Source of the DNA: Candidatus Harrisonbacteria bacterium
GTDB lineage: Bacteria > Patescibacteriota > Minisyncoccia > UBA6257 > 1-14-0-10-44-23
Reading direction: 5' to 3'
DNA: 58,015 bases
NCBI GenBank assembly: GCA_023244975.1
Contig: JAHFLG010000012.1
Location: 1 to 58,015 of the forward strand
The position numbers and the translations under genes are program-made. Under the pieces are notes generated by a model. The model saw nothing but the letters and a program-made list of their open reading frames with translations. It made no database searches and had not been told where the DNA came from. Below, piece by piece: positions 55,962-58,015 of this stretch. Each line of letters begins with the position of its first letter. Within the stretch, counting starts at the first letter, position 1.

Positions 55962-56219
55962 ATGAATACTTTAAATGTCCGGATAGATAAAAAAATTAAG
56001 AAAAAGGCGACCGAGACTCTTGAGGCTATCGGTCTTGATATGTCTTCAGCTGTTAAGCTTTTTCTTAATCAGGTTATTATCGAACAAGGACTGCCATTTA
56101 CTCCCAGGCGCACCCCGAAAGAGATTCGAGCAGAATGGGACAAGGAAATTGAAGAGGCTCGGAAAGACGGTAAGACATATAAAACAGCATCTGCCATGTT
56201 GCGCGATATTATGCGTTAA
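55962..56219 (+). CDS. dinJ: RelB/DinJ-family antitoxin
   Basis: MNTLNVRIDKKIKKKATETLEAIGLDMSSAVKLFLNQV is the classic DinJ RHH N-terminus. Confidence 0.8.
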   Translation: MNTLNVRIDKKIKKKATETLEAIGLDMSSAVKLFLNQVIIEQGLPFTPRRTPKEIRAEWDKEIEEARKDGKTYKTASAMLRDIMR

Positions 56220-56227
56220 GCACCACG

Positions 56228-56509
56228 ATGTACCGCTTGCGTCACACAAAATTATTTCAGAAATCATTCAAGCGACTAGCAAGGTCTGGCGATAAAAAGA
56301 TATTGCAGGAAGTCGATATAGCGATAACCAACTTAATCCAAGACGAGTCTCTTTCAGGTAAGTACCATGATCATGCTCTTATCGGTGAGTATCTCGGATA
56401 TAGAGAGTGCCATATCCGCCCAGATGTTCTTTTGATATATAGTATTCAGAAGAATGAAATGGTACTCGAGATTTTCAATATCGGTTCGCATTCTCAATTA
56501 TTCGATTAA
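56228..56509 (+). CDS. yafQ: YafQ/RelE-family mRNA interferase toxin
   Basis: KRLARSG..., HDHALIGEYLGYRECHIRPDVLLIY, GSHSQLF, all YafQ-like. Confidence 0.8.
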   Translation: MYRLRHTKLFQKSFKRLARSGDKKILQEVDIAITNLIQDESLSGKYHDHALIGEYLGYRECHIRPDVLLIYSIQKNEMVLEIFNIGSHSQLFD

Positions 56510-56920
56510 CTATTTCATTAGGGCCGAGCGGAAGAAGTCGTGCTCTGCGGGAGTGATGGTGCCGCCTAACACCCAGAAGGCAAAGGTGTTGCCGATGCCG
56601 CGGCGCAGACCAAGGCCGGCGACGGGACTAAAAACTTTTTCCAGTTCTTCGTTGGAGTAATTCATGATCACATACTGGCCGACATTAGTGAGCAGCGCGT
56701 ACGGGAGCAACTGACTGGGCAGCCCCGCGCGGATGTAAATCGTGTCGCGAGGCACAAAGCAGGCCCAGATCGCGTCGTGGCCGTCCTCCTGCATACAGTC
56801 TTTGTTGATGGCATCAGAAACTTTGACGTGCAGTTTTGAAATATCGAGCGCTAGGGCTGGCTGAGCCACAGCTAGTACGCTTGCCGCTAACAATACTGAA
56901 GCAATGAGTTTAGTTTTCAT
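56510..56920 (-). CDS. hypothetical secreted protein
   Basis: Signal peptide MKTKLIASVLLAASVLAVAQPALA. No recognisable family. Its stop abuts the yafQ stop. Confidence 0.5.
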   Translation of the reverse strand: MKTKLIASVLLAASVLAVAQPALALDISKLHVKVSDAINKDCMQEDGHDAIWACFVPRDTIYIRAGLPSQLLPYALLTNVGQYVIMNYSNEELEKVFSPVAGLGLRRGIGNTFAFWVLGGTITPAEHDFFRSALMK

Positions 56921-56945
56921 ATATTCCTATGTTATCATATCTAGC

Positions 56946-57245
56946 TTAGTCTAGGGTTTCATTGACGGCTTCGATGCGGTTGCGTTCTTCAGAGATGATG
57001 TCACCTTCATATTCGCCGTTGTGCGCATGCACCCCTTCATATGATACTTTTTTTTGGTCGAGATGCAGGTTGAAGGTATATCCTTCTTTTGTTTCGGTGA
57101 CATAGGCGTGAAAGCGGGGATAGTCGGCGCCGAGGGGTCGCACGCAGCTCATTTGACCTTCGGGGCTGTAGCCGATGGGTTTGTAGCGCAGCTTACGCAT
57201 CAGGTCATTGATATTATATCCTTTGCCGGAAATTTTGAATTGCAT
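56946..57245 (-). CDS. hypothetical 99-aa cytoplasmic protein
   Basis: Clean ORF with no recognisable motif. Confidence 0.45.
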   Translation of the reverse strand: MQFKISGKGYNINDLMRKLRYKPIGYSPEGQMSCVRPLGADYPRFHAYVTETKEGYTFNLHLDQKKVSYEGVHAHNGEYEGDIISEERNRIEAVNETLD

Positions 57246-57341
57246 ATCTCTATCCTATTCCTTTACCCTAGTTTAGGAAAGTGATCAGTTCTGGTTGTGG
57301 TATACTAAAGTGTCGATTTCAAAAATTATTTTTTATTTTAT

Positions 57342-57653
57342 ATGAACGGAAAAGACAAGTGTGAAGGGTGCATGCATGGGTTCTGTGGCGAAGGCCACGG
57401 GGCACTGCGTTGGGTTATCGGTATTATCCTTTTAATATTAGCCTTTTGGCTTGGTACACGCGTGAGTGACCTTAAATACGAAATGTATGGTGGCTATGGA
57501 TACGGTTCTAACATGATGTACGGCCGTCACGGAATCCGTACGTACTACGATGGTGACTACGGCTCACTGATGATGCAGGGATATGCTCTACCGACTCTGC
57601 AGGCTCCGGCAGTTGAAGCTACTCCGACAACTACTAAGACAACGAAGAAATAG
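57342..57653 (+). CDS. hypothetical single-TM protein with a Cys/His cluster and a G/Y/M-rich domain
   Basis: CEGCMHGFCGEGH N-terminus, one TM helix and a low-complexity GYGYGSNMMYG region. Confidence 0.4.
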   Translation: MNGKDKCEGCMHGFCGEGHGALRWVIGIILLILAFWLGTRVSDLKYEMYGGYGYGSNMMYGRHGIRTYYDGDYGSLMMQGYALPTLQAPAVEATPTTTKTTKK

Positions 57654-57656
57654 GAT

Positions 57657-58013
57657 TTAGTTTTTCCCGCGCAAGGCAATAGAGAGAGTTGCAAAACTGA
57701 GGCCAAAGTCTCGGATTCCTATTGCACTAAGTCCAAGGCTGGTGGCGATGACGAACAAGTGCAGAGCAAGTAAAGCCGCTACCGGCCGGATCCAAAACCC
57801 CATGCCCATCAGCAGCGCGGCAATGATTTCAAATACTCCATTGAGATGAACGATAGTAACCGCGTTCATGCCAAAGCCTGTTGCCCAGCCCGGAACCACG
57901 CTCGTCCACGCGGAAGCATTTACTAGTTGCGAAGCGCCAAACCAGGCAAAGACAAAGGTCATTCCGAGACGGAGGATCATTGGCGCGTACGGCGAAAATT
58001 TTTCTGTGTTCAT
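57657..58013 (-). CDS. DoxX-family membrane protein
   Basis: 118 aa, 4 TM helices, FAWFGASQL-type first helix. Confidence 0.5.
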   Translation of the reverse strand: MNTEKFSPYAPMILRLGMTFVFAWFGASQLVNASAWTSVVPGWATGFGMNAVTIVHLNGVFEIIAALLMGMGFWIRPVAALLALHLFVIATSLGLSAIGIRDFGLSFATLSIALRGKN

Positions 58014-58015
58014 AA

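Overview
This 58-kb window comes from a compact bacterial genome, high-40s %GC by eye. Genes are tightly packed and often overlap, and most lack a Shine-Dalgarno (SD) motif. The overall flavour is CPR/Patescibacteria-like, but that is inference only because no search was possible.

Gene content:
- Left (1-19 kb): frr-rseP-proS, mreB-mreC-mreD-PBP2, tpiA, a SIMPL protein, an FtsB-like protein, tRNA-Gly, vanW, tRNA-Thr, a domain-1-less RF2 and ftsEX. These are followed by a minus-strand block (surface protein, histidine phosphatase, P1B-type ATPase) and glnA.
- Middle (19-45 kb): a nucleotide-biosynthesis supercluster. Its order is purL(S-fused)-purQ-purF-purN-purD-(unknown)-purE-purC-purM-[foreign orphan]-guaB-purA-guaA-purB, then purH, an EamA transporter, and pyrB-pyrC-pyrD-pyrF-pyrE on the minus strand.
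- Right (45-58 kb): EEP-family nuclease/phosphatase, DEAD-box helicase, ECF sigma plus a membrane partner, MacA/MacB-like efflux, cupredoxin, a sphingomyelin-synthase-like PAP2_C protein, GT2, DedA, ABC-F, a DinJ-YafQ toxin-antitoxin pair and several small unknown proteins.

No rRNA genes, CRISPR arrays, transposases, integrases or reverse transcriptases were seen.

Most notable non-routine signals:
1. A roughly 60 %GC, SD-bearing orphan gene with its own terminator sits antisense between purM and guaB.
2. A 275-nt highly structured element with a perfect 16-bp terminal inverted repeat lies between purF and purN.
3. Three families of GC-rich structured intergenic repeats show compensatory substitutions. 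Six of the seven copies sit in junctions of the pur/pyr supercluster.
4. Several core genes have unusual architectures: RF2 without domain 1 and with SPY in place of SPF, ProRS with a CxxC..CxxC mini-insert instead of the INS editing domain, and a PurS-PurL fusion with separate PurQ.

I cannot name a defined new multi-gene system with confidence. All functional calls rest on motif recognition by eye.
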